Shown: positions 25,605 through 35,142 of the stretch, piece after piece
Position numbering within the stretch: the first letter of the stretch is position 1
Layout: each line of letters opens with the position of its first letter
Assembly: GCA_964559435.1 (NCBI GenBank)
Contig: CAZLHI010000001.1
Location: 103,168 to 167,167, forward strand
Origin: an uncultured bacterium
GTDB lineage: Bacteria > Armatimonadota > Hebobacteria > Hebobacterales > Hebobacteraceae
Reading direction: 5' to 3'
DNA: 64,000 nucleotides
The notes under the pieces: generated by a model
What the model was told of the DNA's origin: nothing
Seen by the model: only the letters and a program-made list of their open reading frames with translations
Databases searched by the model: none
Made by a program: the position numbers and the translations under genes

Positions 25605-27644
25605 ATGTCAGAGAACGCGACGCGCATACGCGTCATCAAACCACACCGAGTCGTCGAGAGGGCCCCCGCAGGCGCAGTCGCCCGGCTTCGGCGCGCTCTC
25701 GGCACCGCGGGCGTCTACGCAATCGGCTATGGCAACGTCGGATCCTCCATCTACTACGCCCTGGGTATCGTGGCCGCCTATGCTCTGGGTGCGACGCCGA
25801 TCGCCCTTGCTTTGGCCGGCGTCATCTTCGTCTTCACCGCAATGACCTACGCCGAGGGCGTTTCCATGGTGCCCACCGCGGGCGGGTCGGTGGCATTCGC
25901 AAGGCGCGCCTTCAACGACCTCTTCAGCTTCGTGGCCGGATGGGCTCTCGCTCTCAATTACATCGTTACAACCGCCATCTCGGCCGTCACGGCCGCCTTC
26001 TACCTCTCCCACTTCTGGCCGTCTTTCAAGGAGCAGCCGGCCCTCGCCGCCATCGGGGGCATCGTGATGACTGTCTCGCTCATGCTGCTGAACCTTCGAG
26101 GGGTGCGCGAGACGGCTCGCCTCAACATCGGCTTCGCTGTGATCGACCTCGCAACACAGGCGTTGCTTGTGCTGCTCGGGATCACGCTGGTAACGGGCGG
26201 CTGGCGTAACCTCCTCGCCTATCGCACGATGGGCCCCGAGTACTGGCCCGAGCCGAGGCAACTCGTCTTCGCAGTTGCCATCGCAATGGTCGCATACGTC
26301 GGTCTGGAGTCGGCCGCGCAGATGGCGGAGGAGACGAAGACGCCCACCCGCACACTCCCCCGCGCGCTGTTCTGGTCAGTGCTGACCGTGCTGTTCATGT
26401 TTGCCGCCCTGCCGATCGTCGCGCTCTGCGCCATGCCGCCGATGGAGCTCGTGAGCGAATGGGGCAACGACCCCGTGGCGGGCATAGCATCGCACCTGCC
26501 CGACTGGAACATCTCCCTTGCCTTCCTCCAGGGGCGCATTCTCCTTTCGAAGCTCATGATGCCATGGGTGGCGATCCTGGCCTGCACGATCCTGTTGATC
26601 GCGGCGAACGCAGGGATATTGGCCGGCTCGCGAATCACTTACAACATGGCGCATCACCGCCAGCTGTTCAAGGCCTTCAGCTACGTCCATCCCCGCTTCA
26701 ACACCCCCTCATTCGCGATACTCGTCATCTCGGGCGCGGCCGTCGCGATCATCCTGGCCGGCATGCGGGCAAAGGACCTCCTCCTCAAGCTGGGCGATCT
26801 CTACGTTTTCAGCTCGATGATGGCGTTCTCGATGGCGCACCTCTCCGTATGGCTGCTGCGCATCAAGGAGCCAGATGCCGAGAGACCGTTCCGGGCCTGG
26901 CCGACGATCCGCATTGCCGGCCGGCCCATCTCCGTCACAGCGACGCTCGGATTCACGGCCTGCGCGGCCATCTGGCTGTGGCTGGCTCTCGGAACGGAGC
27001 ACACCTTCGGGCGGAACATCGGTCTGGGCTGGATCGTGGTGGGACTGGCATTCTACGCTTGGTTCCGCCGGCGGCAGGGCCTGGACCTCGTGCGTCCGGC
27101 GGTAACAGAGGAGGTCGACCCCTTGGTCACGCTCTTCCCTAGCCCGCGCCGGCGCGAGATGATCCAGAGGATCCGGCACATCCTGATTCCGGTTCACTCG
27201 GCAGAGTACGCTGAGCAGCTGGCCAGGATCGCCTGCGATCTGAGCAGCCTCTACACGGCGGACATCACCGCCGTGTACGCCATCGAGGTCCCGCGCTCCC
27301 TGGCCCTGGATGCACACCTCGGAGTCCAGATGCAAAAGGCGAGAGACATCCTCGACACGGCGAGCCACATAGCCGAAACCGTGTATGACATGAACATTGA
27401 GACGGCGGTGTTGCAGGCGCGCAGCGCCGGCGTCGCCATCGTCGAATATGCCGCCGAGCGGGAGACGGACTTGATTCTGCTTGGCGCTCATCGCGAGCAC
27501 CCACGCACGCGCGATGCCATCGTGTTCGGCGCGACGGCGGACTACGTCGCCCGAAACGCGCCGTGTGCTGTGTGGACGGTGCGGGCCGAAGCACGAGCGC
27601 CGAGTGACCAAGACCCGGACAAGGGCGGTTCCCACTCGGCCTAG
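25605..27644 (+). CDS. APC-family amino-acid/polyamine permease fused to a C-terminal universal stress protein (USP) domain
   Basis: About 12 TM helices with an APC-type N-terminus (YAIGYGNVGSSIYYALG). The C-terminal roughly 140 aa form a USP fold (HILIPVHSAEY ... DLILLGAH ... GATADYVARNAPCAVWTV). Confidence 0.85.
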   Translation: MSENATRIRVIKPHRVVERAPAGAVARLRRALGTAGVYAIGYGNVGSSIYYALGIVAAYALGATPIALALAGVIFVFTAMTYAEGVSMVPTAGGSVAFARRAFNDLFSFVAGWALALNYIVTTAISAVTAAFYLSHFWPSFKEQPALAAIGGIVMTVSLMLLNLRGVRETARLNIGFAVIDLATQALLVLLGITLVTGGWRNLLAYRTMGPEYWPEPRQLVFAVAIAMVAYVGLESAAQMAEETKTPTRTLPRALFWSVLTVLFMFAALPIVALCAMPPMELVSEWGNDPVAGIASHLPDWNISLAFLQGRILLSKLMMPWVAILACTILLIAANAGILAGSRITYNMAHHRQLFKAFSYVHPRFNTPSFAILVISGAAVAIILAGMRAKDLLLKLGDLYVFSSMMAFSMAHLSVWLLRIKEPDAERPFRAWPTIRIAGRPISVTATLGFTACAAIWLWLALGTEHTFGRNIGLGWIVVGLAFYAWFRRRQGLDLVRPAVTEEVDPLVTLFPSPRRREMIQRIRHILIPVHSAEYAEQLARIACDLSSLYTADITAVYAIEVPRSLALDAHLGVQMQKARDILDTASHIAETVYDMNIETAVLQARSAGVAIVEYAAERETDLILLGAHREHPRTRDAIVFGATADYVARNAPCAVWTVRAEARAPSDQDPDKGGSHSA

Positions 27645-27668
27645 CTATGGCTCCGCCGGGTTCGTCCG

Positions 27669-27698
27669 TTGACAAAGCGACGTTGTCGGCGCTACAGT
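27669..27698 (+). promoter_or_regulatory. Candidate promoter of the ABC-2 transporter operon
   Basis: TTGACA (27669-27674), an 18-nt spacer, then TACAGT (27693-27698), in the gap before 27861. Confidence 0.3.
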
Positions 27699-27860
27699 TA
27701 ACCCTCGTTCCGACTCCTGATCGCCAGAAAGCCTGACCGGCCGGACTCGCGCCGGCATCTTCTGGCACCAGACTGAGCTTTCCGCGCGCAGCCTCGGCCT
27801 TCGCCGGGGCCCGCTTCTCTGCCGGGGCGACAGCGACTTCCGGCGAGAGGGGATCCAATC

Positions 27861-28841
27861 ATGGCTATTATTGAGGCCCGCGAACTCGTTAAGGACTTCC
27901 CCGTGCGCCGGCGCGCGCCGGGCATGCTCGCAGCGCTGGGGAGTTTGGTGCGCCCGGCATCCGATTGGAAGCGCGCCGTGGACCAGGTGAGCTTCGGGAT
28001 CGAGCAGGGCGAGGCCGTCGGGTACGTCGGCCCCAATGGCGCAGGCAAGTCGACGACGATCAAGTTGCTGACAGGCCTGCTGTGGCCGACCTCTGGCAGC
28101 GCAACAGTGATGGGGCTGCCCTCCAGTCGAAGGCGGACGGAGATTGCGAGACACATCGGTGTCATCTTCGGCCAGCGAACGCAGCTCTGGTGGGATCTGC
28201 CCGTCCTGGACTCTTTTGATCTGCTCCGCGACATATACGGCATCCCGGAGGCCGATTACCGCTCTCGGCGGGATGAGCTTTCCGAGCTCCTCGAGCTGCA
28301 GGAGCTATTCCAGGTTCCCGTGCGCCAGCTCAGCCTCGGTCAGAGGATGCGCGCAGAGCTCGTGGGAGCGCTGCTGCACGACCCGCCGATCCTCTATCTG
28401 GACGAACCGACGATCGGCCTCGACGTCGTCGCCAGAGAGCGAATGCGCGCCGCCCTTGCGCAGCTCAATCAGGAGAAAGGCGTAACCATCCTGATCGCCA
28501 GCCACGACCTGGACGACATCGACCGGCTGTGCAGCCGCGTGATCGTCATCGATCGGGGACGGCTCGTGTTCGACGGCTCGCTTGAGGCGATGAAGCAGGC
28601 TTACGGCCAGGAGCGAACGGTGATCGTAGATCTCGAGGAAGAAAGTGGTTCGATCGAAGTGGATGGTGCGAGCTTGGTGCGGCGGGAGGGCACGCGGCAC
28701 TGGTTTCGGTTTGCCCGGGGCCAGCGAACCGCGGCTGAAGTCATCACCTCAATCGCACGGAGTCACCGCATCATTGACCTGACAATCGAGGAGCCGGACA
28801 TCGAATACGTGATATCGCGCATCTACGGGCAATCCCAATGA
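27861..28841 (+). CDS. ABC transporter ATP-binding protein
   Basis: Walker A GPNGAGKST, signature LSLGQRM, Walker B ILYLDEPT. Confidence 0.92.
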   Translation: MAIIEARELVKDFPVRRRAPGMLAALGSLVRPASDWKRAVDQVSFGIEQGEAVGYVGPNGAGKSTTIKLLTGLLWPTSGSATVMGLPSSRRRTEIARHIGVIFGQRTQLWWDLPVLDSFDLLRDIYGIPEADYRSRRDELSELLELQELFQVPVRQLSLGQRMRAELVGALLHDPPILYLDEPTIGLDVVARERMRAALAQLNQEKGVTILIASHDLDDIDRLCSRVIVIDRGRLVFDGSLEAMKQAYGQERTVIVDLEEESGSIEVDGASLVRREGTRHWFRFARGQRTAAEVITSIARSHRIIDLTIEEPDIEYVISRIYGQSQ

Positions 28842-29629
28842 GGCCGCGCGTCTGGGTCGGATTCGTCAAGATCTCCCTTCTTTCCCGACTCGCCTATCGA
28901 GGCGACCTGCTGCTGTCGATCCTGAGCAGCTCTCTGTTCCTGCTGGTCTATCTGTCGATCTGGCGAGCGCTCTACCAGAACCCCGGCGCCGAGCAGGAGC
29001 GTGTCCCCTACCCGGCCATGGCGCTCTACGTCGCCGGCGGCAGCGTACTGAGGAGTTGGCTGTCGAGCGATCCGAGCTACTTCCTGAGGAAGATACGCAG
29101 CGGAGATATAGCCGGTGACATGCTCAAGCCCCATTCTCTCCCAATGGCGCTTCTGGCCCAGAATGTTGGTACCGGGTTGTGGCGGGTGTGCACCGGCGGG
29201 CTGCCCGTGTTGGCCATTGGCGTGATCCTGATGGGGGTGCCACTTCCACGCCCGAGCGACGCGCTCTGGTTCCTGGCCAGCGCATTGCTGGCGGGCGCGC
29301 TTTACTTCGCCTACACGCTCATCATCAGCCTCACTGCGTTCTGGACGCTCGAGATGCAGGGATTCCACGATCTCCAATGGGCGATCATGGCCTTTGCCAG
29401 CGGTACCGTCGTGCCGCTGTGGTTTATGCCGGAGATTCTAGCAACAGTGCTGAAGGCGCTTCCCTTCCAGCAGATGGGCTTCGTGCCACTGACCTTCTGG
29501 AGCGGGCAGGCCGGACAGGCCGGACCAAGGCTTCTCCTGGGGCAGTTCCTGTGGCTCCTGCCGATGGCTGCTCTGGCGGCGCTGGTCTGGCGGGCCGCCC
29601 AGCGCCGGGTCGTCATTCAGGGAGGCTAG
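28838..29629 (+). CDS. ABC-2 family transporter permease
   Basis: ATGA overlap with the ATPase gene. Six predicted TM helices; resembles the ABC-2 permeases that come in pairs with this ATPase type. Confidence 0.75.
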   Translation: MRPRVWVGFVKISLLSRLAYRGDLLLSILSSSLFLLVYLSIWRALYQNPGAEQERVPYPAMALYVAGGSVLRSWLSSDPSYFLRKIRSGDIAGDMLKPHSLPMALLAQNVGTGLWRVCTGGLPVLAIGVILMGVPLPRPSDALWFLASALLAGALYFAYTLIISLTAFWTLEMQGFHDLQWAIMAFASGTVVPLWFMPEILATVLKALPFQQMGFVPLTFWSGQAGQAGPRLLLGQFLWLLPMAALAALVWRAAQRRVVIQGG

Positions 29630-29631
29630 AG

Positions 29632-30432
29632 GTGGGGAAACTCAAGGCCTATCGGCGGGTGTGGCTGATGGCTCAGAAGGGGCGCATGGAGTACCGCTTC
29701 AACTTCTTCGTGGACATATTCGCTCTCTTCGCGGGCTACGTCGGTCTTGTCGCAAACATCTGGCTGATGACGAACCGCTTCGGGCCCCTGGCCGGCTGGA
29801 AGTTCAGCGAGATCGCCTTCCTCTTCGGAACCTTCTCTGCCTCCTACGGTCTGTCTGCCTACAACTTCTGGCAGTTCACCTTGCTCGGCGGCTTCCTCAG
29901 GACCGGCGAATACGACCGGTATCTTCTCCGGCCCCTCAATCCCGTCGCCTACTACGCGGTGGAGCGGTGCCAGACGCCTGCCCTCGGACAGGTGCTGGGC
30001 GGACTCGCCATCATGCTCTATTGCGCAGCCCTGCTCGAGGTGACGTGGACTCCAGCGCGGGTCGCGTTCGTAGCGGCGATGCTGGTCGCCGGGTCGCTCA
30101 TCCAGGCTGGAGTCATGCTGCTATCGGCGGCGAGCTCGTTCTGGACGATGGAGTCGGGCGCGGCCTGGGGAGTGCTCTACTACCCGCTGCGGGAGTTCTG
30201 CTTCTACCCACTCGGGGCCTTCGCGAGGCCTATCGTCTGGATCGCAACGACGGTGCTGCCGTTTGCGTTCGTGAACTACTTCCCCGCCCAGTACCTGCTC
30301 GGGAAGTGGGATATGCTCGGATTCCCCAACTGGGTGGCCTTCGCCAGCTTCCCGGTAGCGGTCGCGTTCTTCTCCGTCTGCCTGTGGTGTTTCGGCCGAG
30401 GCCTGCGGTCCTACCAAAGCAGCGGAACATAG
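29632..30432 (+). CDS. ABC-2 family transporter permease (second subunit)
   Basis: GTG at 29632 lies 3 nt after the previous stop and gives VGKLKAYRRVWLMAQKGRMEYRFNFF. The upstream 151 codons in the ORF track are an alternative frame of the preceding gene. Confidence 0.75.
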   Translation: MGKLKAYRRVWLMAQKGRMEYRFNFFVDIFALFAGYVGLVANIWLMTNRFGPLAGWKFSEIAFLFGTFSASYGLSAYNFWQFTLLGGFLRTGEYDRYLLRPLNPVAYYAVERCQTPALGQVLGGLAIMLYCAALLEVTWTPARVAFVAAMLVAGSLIQAGVMLLSAASSFWTMESGAAWGVLYYPLREFCFYPLGAFARPIVWIATTVLPFAFVNYFPAQYLLGKWDMLGFPNWVAFASFPVAVAFFSVCLWCFGRGLRSYQSSGT

Positions 30433-30514
30433 TCTGCCTCTCCCGCGGCGGGCGCGGGCTTCCCCCTGAAGTCGATTGCCTGTAAAATGTCCGCCGAGGA
30501 GCTAGGCCTCTGCC

Positions 30515-31789
30515 GTGAGATTCATCTGCCGCAACTCAAAGCTCACCGGTGAGGTGCGCATACCTGGATCGAAGTCTCACACGATCCGGGCGGTTGCCAT
30601 CGCCTCCCTGGCGGCCGGAGAGAGCGCCATTCGCGCGTCGCTCGACTCGAACGACACGCGTGCGGCCATCCAGGCCTACCGCGCCCTCGGCGCTGACATG
30701 GAAGTGCAGGGCGACACCTGGGTCGTCAAGGGCACCGGCGGCGACCTGCGCGCCCCCGAGGACGTCATCGACGTGCGCAACTCTGGCGTGACCTTGAGAA
30801 CGAGCATGGCGTCCTGTGCTCTGCTGCGCGAGGGCGTGGCTGTGTTGACCGGTGACGAGCAGATCAGACGTCGCCCCGCCGGTCCTCTGGCCGCCTCCCT
30901 CAACGATCTCGGCGCCAGCGTTCGATCAACTCGGGGCACCGGCACTGCTCCCTTCCTTGTCGAGGGACGGCTGCGCGGTGGGGAGACTTCCATCGAGGCC
31001 GTGACGAGCCAGTACCTGAGCGCGCTGCTCATCAACTGCCCTCTGGCCGATGGCGACACGATCATCCGCGTCCCTCTGCTGAACGAGGCCCCCTATGTAG
31101 AGATGACGCTGGATTGGCTACGGCAGCACGGCATCAGGCTGGAGCAAGATGGGTTGCGGGAGTTCCGCATGCTCGGCGGACAACAGTATGAACCCGTCAA
31201 CCGGCCCATCCCGGCCGACTTCTCCTCCGCCACGTTCTTCCTTGGCGCAGGAGCACTCGGCGACAATGACGTCATTCTGCGCGGCCTCGACATGGACGAC
31301 ACCCAGGGCGACAAGGCCGTGGTGGAGTTCGTGAGGCAGATGGGGGCGCGGGTGAACGTGGAGGAAGATGCCATCCGCATCCAGCCGGGCGAGCTCCTCG
31401 GGTGCGAGCTCGACTTGAATGCCACACCCGACCCGCTGCCGATGCTGTCAGTCTTGGGGTGCTTTGCCAGGGGCACGACGCGCCTGGTGAATGTGCCCCA
31501 GGCGCGCCTGAAGGAGAGCGATCGCATCGCCGTGATGGCTGCCGAACTGGCGAAGCTCGGTGGGCAAGTCGAGGAGCTAGAGGACGGCATTGTCGTGCAC
31601 GAAAGCTCGCTGAAGGGCGCGGAGGTGGATGGCCACGGCGACCATCGCGTGGTGATGGCGCTGGCCGTAGCCGGCTGCTCGATACCGGGCACAACCGTCG
31701 TGCAGGGGGCAGAGGCGGCCGCCGTCACCTATCCCGAGTTCAGGGATCACCTTGCATCGCTCGGCGGCGACATCGTCTCGGAAACGTAG
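30515..31789 (+). CDS. aroA: 3-phosphoshikimate 1-carboxyvinyltransferase (EPSP synthase)
   Basis: IPGSKSHTIRAVAIASLA N-terminal motif; full-length two-domain EPSPS. Confidence 0.92.
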   Translation: MRFICRNSKLTGEVRIPGSKSHTIRAVAIASLAAGESAIRASLDSNDTRAAIQAYRALGADMEVQGDTWVVKGTGGDLRAPEDVIDVRNSGVTLRTSMASCALLREGVAVLTGDEQIRRRPAGPLAASLNDLGASVRSTRGTGTAPFLVEGRLRGGETSIEAVTSQYLSALLINCPLADGDTIIRVPLLNEAPYVEMTLDWLRQHGIRLEQDGLREFRMLGGQQYEPVNRPIPADFSSATFFLGAGALGDNDVILRGLDMDDTQGDKAVVEFVRQMGARVNVEEDAIRIQPGELLGCELDLNATPDPLPMLSVLGCFARGTTRLVNVPQARLKESDRIAVMAAELAKLGGQVEELEDGIVVHESSLKGAEVDGHGDHRVVMALAVAGCSIPGTTVVQGAEAAAVTYPEFRDHLASLGGDIVSET

Positions 31790-31820
31790 GATCCCCTCAG
31801 CGAACGTCTGGAGGTAGCAC

Positions 31821-33149
31821 ATGCTTGGATGTACCCTGGGAACGCTGTTCAGAGTGACGGTCGCCGGAGGCTCTTACCAGGAAGGTCTGGCCTCCCATAT
31901 CCAGGGCGTGCCACCGGGGCTTCTCATAACGGAGGAGGAGATCTATCGCGATCTGCTCGTGCGCAAGCCCGGCCAGGGCGAGCTTTCATCTCCCCGGCGC
32001 GAGCCCGACATACCGATCATCTACAGCGGGGTCAATGCGGCAGACACGATGCCGGGCTTCGAGAACGAGGGCCGTACGAACGGGACGCCGCTCGTCGTCC
32101 TCATCCCGAACCTCGACCGACACTTCGAGCATATCGAGCAGTATCAGGTAACGAACCGAACACCTCGTCCCGGCCACGCCTCCTATGCCTCCTACCGGAA
32201 GTACGGCGAGTGGGACGATGCGATAGGGGCCGGCTTCTTCAGCGGCCGCTACACCTCCACCATCGTCGCGGCGGGAGCGGTTGCCAAGCGCATCCTTGAG
32301 GATCACGGCGTCGAGGTCGTCGCCTATGTGAAGGAGGCGGCCGGGGTGCGAATGCCAGAGCTGTCGCTGGACGAGATCCGACCTAAGGTGGCGGCCTATA
32401 AGGAGGTCAGAAGGGATCACGATCCCGTCTACCGGGCCGTCTTCGCCTCCGGCCGAATCAAGCCCGGAATGCGCTTCCTCGAGAAGATGGCCGTGCTGGC
32501 CGACTTTGAGCAGCAGATCCCCGATCTCCAGTGGCCGCCCATAGATGAGGCCGCCGTGCGCAAGGAGCGCGGAATCCATCCGAAGCTCAACTGCCCCCAC
32601 CTGCCGACGGCGGACGAGATGTATCGCCGCATCATGGAGATCACCGAGGGTGGCGATTCCAGCGGCGGCGTGGTCGAGGTGGTGGCGACCGGCGTGCCAG
32701 CCGGGCTCGGCGAACCGGTTTTCCGCAAGCTCGACGGCGATCTGGGCCGCATGATGAGCATCGGGACCGTGAAGGCGGTCCAGATCGGGGCCGGGATCGC
32801 GGCCAAAGACAGCACGGGCTCCCAATTCAACGATCAGATGCGGATGAAGGATGGCAAGGTTACCTTCACCTCCAACAACGCCGGCGGAATCACGGGCGGC
32901 CTGACGACGGGACAGGACATCGTCGTTCGCCTCACCGTGAAGCCGACTCCTACCATCGCGAAGCCGCAGCAAACCATCGACAAGGTATCTCTAGAGAACA
33001 AGGAGCTGGCCGCTGTCACGCGGCGCGATCCCACGATTGTCCCGCGCGTGTGGCCTGTAGCGGAGGCCTTCACGGCGCTGCTGCTGCTGGACCATTACAT
33101 GATGCACCTGGCCTATCAATCGATCGCGCAGAAGTCTGACACAGGGTGA
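31821..33149 (+). CDS. aroC: Chorismate synthase homologue, divergent
   Basis: Collinear with E. coli AroC (GTLFRVTV.G.S...., RPGHA.Y, S-G-R-x-T...VAAGA signature 2, RRDPT region). The GESHG signature reads GGSYQ and GGGRSSARET reads GAGFFSGRYT. It is 442 aa, longer than usual, and adjacent to aroA. Confidence 0.75.
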   Translation: MLGCTLGTLFRVTVAGGSYQEGLASHIQGVPPGLLITEEEIYRDLLVRKPGQGELSSPRREPDIPIIYSGVNAADTMPGFENEGRTNGTPLVVLIPNLDRHFEHIEQYQVTNRTPRPGHASYASYRKYGEWDDAIGAGFFSGRYTSTIVAAGAVAKRILEDHGVEVVAYVKEAAGVRMPELSLDEIRPKVAAYKEVRRDHDPVYRAVFASGRIKPGMRFLEKMAVLADFEQQIPDLQWPPIDEAAVRKERGIHPKLNCPHLPTADEMYRRIMEITEGGDSSGGVVEVVATGVPAGLGEPVFRKLDGDLGRMMSIGTVKAVQIGAGIAAKDSTGSQFNDQMRMKDGKVTFTSNNAGGITGGLTTGQDIVVRLTVKPTPTIAKPQQTIDKVSLENKELAAVTRRDPTIVPRVWPVAEAFTALLLLDHYMMHLAYQSIAQKSDTG

Positions 33150-33160
33150 CGAAGTAGCTG

Positions 33161-34867
33161 ATGAACTCCCTTTCGCTGGCTGCAGTCAGCTGCGGCGCGC
33201 TCTATCTTGGGTACCTGCTCTATAGCCGCCTCATCGCGCGGCTGTGGGACTTCCAGCCGGACCGTTCAACTCCCGCGATGGAAGCGCCCGATGGTGTGGA
33301 CTACGTCGCCGCGCGCCACTGGACGATGCTCTTCGGCCATCACTTCGCCAGCATCGCCGGCGTGGCGCCGGTTGTCGGACCTGTTTTGGCTTGTGCCGTG
33401 TGGGGTTGGCTGCCGGCCCTGATCTGGGTTGTGGTTGGGTCGATCTTCCTCGGCGCTGTGCACGACTTCTCGAGCCTGATGGCCTCTCTGCGAGCGCGAG
33501 GCAGGTCCATTGCCGAATTGGCCGAGTCGTATCTCGGCCATCGGGTCAGAGTCATATTCGGCGCTTTTCTGTGGCTCACGCTGGTGTTGGTCGTGGCGGT
33601 GTTCGCCCGGTTCGGCGCCATGACTCTCACCCAGGAACCACGGGTCGTTGTCCCTACGTTCGCTGTCATCCCCGTCGCTCTCATCGTCGGTATGATGCTG
33701 TATCGCTGGCGGTGGCCCCAAGTGCCTGCCACGGTGTTGGGGATTGGCATGCTGGCGGGGATGCTCGTGGTGGGCTACTACTATCCGGTAAGGGAGCCGT
33801 GGGGCGAGCATACGCTGTTGGTCTGGACCGTCATATTGCTGGTATACGCGTACGCCGCCTCAATCACGCCCGTCAATCTCCTCCTCCAGCCGCGCGACTA
33901 TCTTTCTACGTTCGTCCTCTACATCGGCCTCATCGCCGGTTACGTGGGACTGGTCCTCACCCGACCGCAGATCCAGGCCCCTGCCGTTCTCTCCTACAGC
34001 GGCGCCAGAGGCCCGCTCTGGCCGATGCTCTTTGTCATCGTCGCCTGCGGCGCCATCTCCGGCTTCCACAGCCTCGTGGCAAGCGGCACCACCGCCAAGC
34101 AGCTCGCGCGCGAGGCGGACGCGCCGCGCATCGGCTATGGAGCCATGATCGTCGAAGCGACGCTGGCGGTGCTGGCGATAGTCGCGGTCACAGCAGGCCT
34201 TGGATGGCGCTCCGGCCAAACCCCGCTCGCCGCCGTCGTCGAGCAGGGCGGCCCGTCGCCGCTCGTCGTCTTCGCTAACGGCTTCGCCACTCTCACCGAG
34301 CCGCTGTTCCGGAATCCGGCTTTGGGAGCGCTAGTGGCGATGACGGTTCTGAAGACCTTCGTAATGACTACGCTGGACTCGGCGACGCGGATCACGCGCT
34401 ACATAGGCGAGGAGCTCTTCGCCGAAGGGCTCGGCATCCGGCCCCTCAAGAACCGCTTCCTTTCCACTGCTCTCATCATCGGAGCCGCGTTCTACTTGTC
34501 CATCGGCTCGTGGCAAAGCGTCTGGCCTGTCTTCGGAAGTGCGAACCAGCTCATCGCGGCACTGGCACTCCTTGTGCTGACCGTGGTGCTGTGGCGTCGC
34601 CGAAGCCCGGTGAGCTACACGCTGCTTCCGTTCCTCTTCATGATTGCGACAACCGTCGGGGCGCTCGTCTATCAATGCCGGGGGTTCCTCGCGAGCCGCC
34701 AGATCGGACTCGCCGCGATCAGTCTTGCGCTGATCGTGCTTGCCGTCCTGATGCTTTTGGACAGCATCCGCGTCGTCGTGAGGGAGCGATCTCTGCGGTC
34801 GGAGCAATCCGAAGAGCTGGTAGAGGAAGAGGCAGTGCGCACGGGCGTCGGTGCAGAGGGCGACTAG
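33161..34867 (+). CDS. cstA: Carbon starvation protein CstA family transporter
   Basis: Polytopic membrane protein with a CstA-type N-terminus (HWTMLFGHHFASIAGVAPVVGPVLA). Confidence 0.88.
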   Translation: MNSLSLAAVSCGALYLGYLLYSRLIARLWDFQPDRSTPAMEAPDGVDYVAARHWTMLFGHHFASIAGVAPVVGPVLACAVWGWLPALIWVVVGSIFLGAVHDFSSLMASLRARGRSIAELAESYLGHRVRVIFGAFLWLTLVLVVAVFARFGAMTLTQEPRVVVPTFAVIPVALIVGMMLYRWRWPQVPATVLGIGMLAGMLVVGYYYPVREPWGEHTLLVWTVILLVYAYAASITPVNLLLQPRDYLSTFVLYIGLIAGYVGLVLTRPQIQAPAVLSYSGARGPLWPMLFVIVACGAISGFHSLVASGTTAKQLAREADAPRIGYGAMIVEATLAVLAIVAVTAGLGWRSGQTPLAAVVEQGGPSPLVVFANGFATLTEPLFRNPALGALVAMTVLKTFVMTTLDSATRITRYIGEELFAEGLGIRPLKNRFLSTALIIGAAFYLSIGSWQSVWPVFGSANQLIAALALLVLTVVLWRRRSPVSYTLLPFLFMIATTVGALVYQCRGFLASRQIGLAAISLALIVLAVLMLLDSIRVVVRERSLRSEQSEELVEEEAVRTGVGAEGD

Positions 34868-34934
34868 GCCGGGTCCCTGCGCAGAGCGCAGAGAAGATCG
34901 ATTGCTCGCTCGACGTGCTGGATACAGCCGTCCG

Positions 34935-35123
34935 ATACCATGCGACCCTCCGTCGCAGGCCGTCCAGCACGCTCACGCTCGCCCTGTATCCGAGCAGCAC
35001 CTTGGCGCGACCGATATCGGCCTGCGAATGCCGGACCGCGCCCTGACCGCCAGGCATCCGTTCTATCCGACATTGTGCGCCAGTGGGACCCGTCAGCACA
35101 TCAGCTGAGCGATTGACCGGCAT
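34935..35123 (-). pseudogene. Relic C-terminal fragment of an NAD-dependent sugar epimerase/dehydratase
   Basis: The minus-strand translation ...IERMPGGQGAVRHSQADIGRAKVLLGYRASVSVLDGLRRRVAWY matches the conserved C-terminal end of SDR-type epimerases (RPGDVRHS.ADISKAK..LGY.P.VSL.EGL.RTV.WY). No N-terminal Rossmann part exists because galU ends at 35143. The normal stop is lost and the frame runs on antisense to cstA. Confidence 0.5.
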
Positions 35124-35142
35124 CCGCTCGCGACGCTGACCC

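Noticed and set aside
25406-27644. The tRNA-Lys locus as a possible genomic-island integration site.
   Set aside because: There is no integrase, no direct repeat of the tRNA 3' end and no visible compositional break downstream. The next gene is an ordinary permease.
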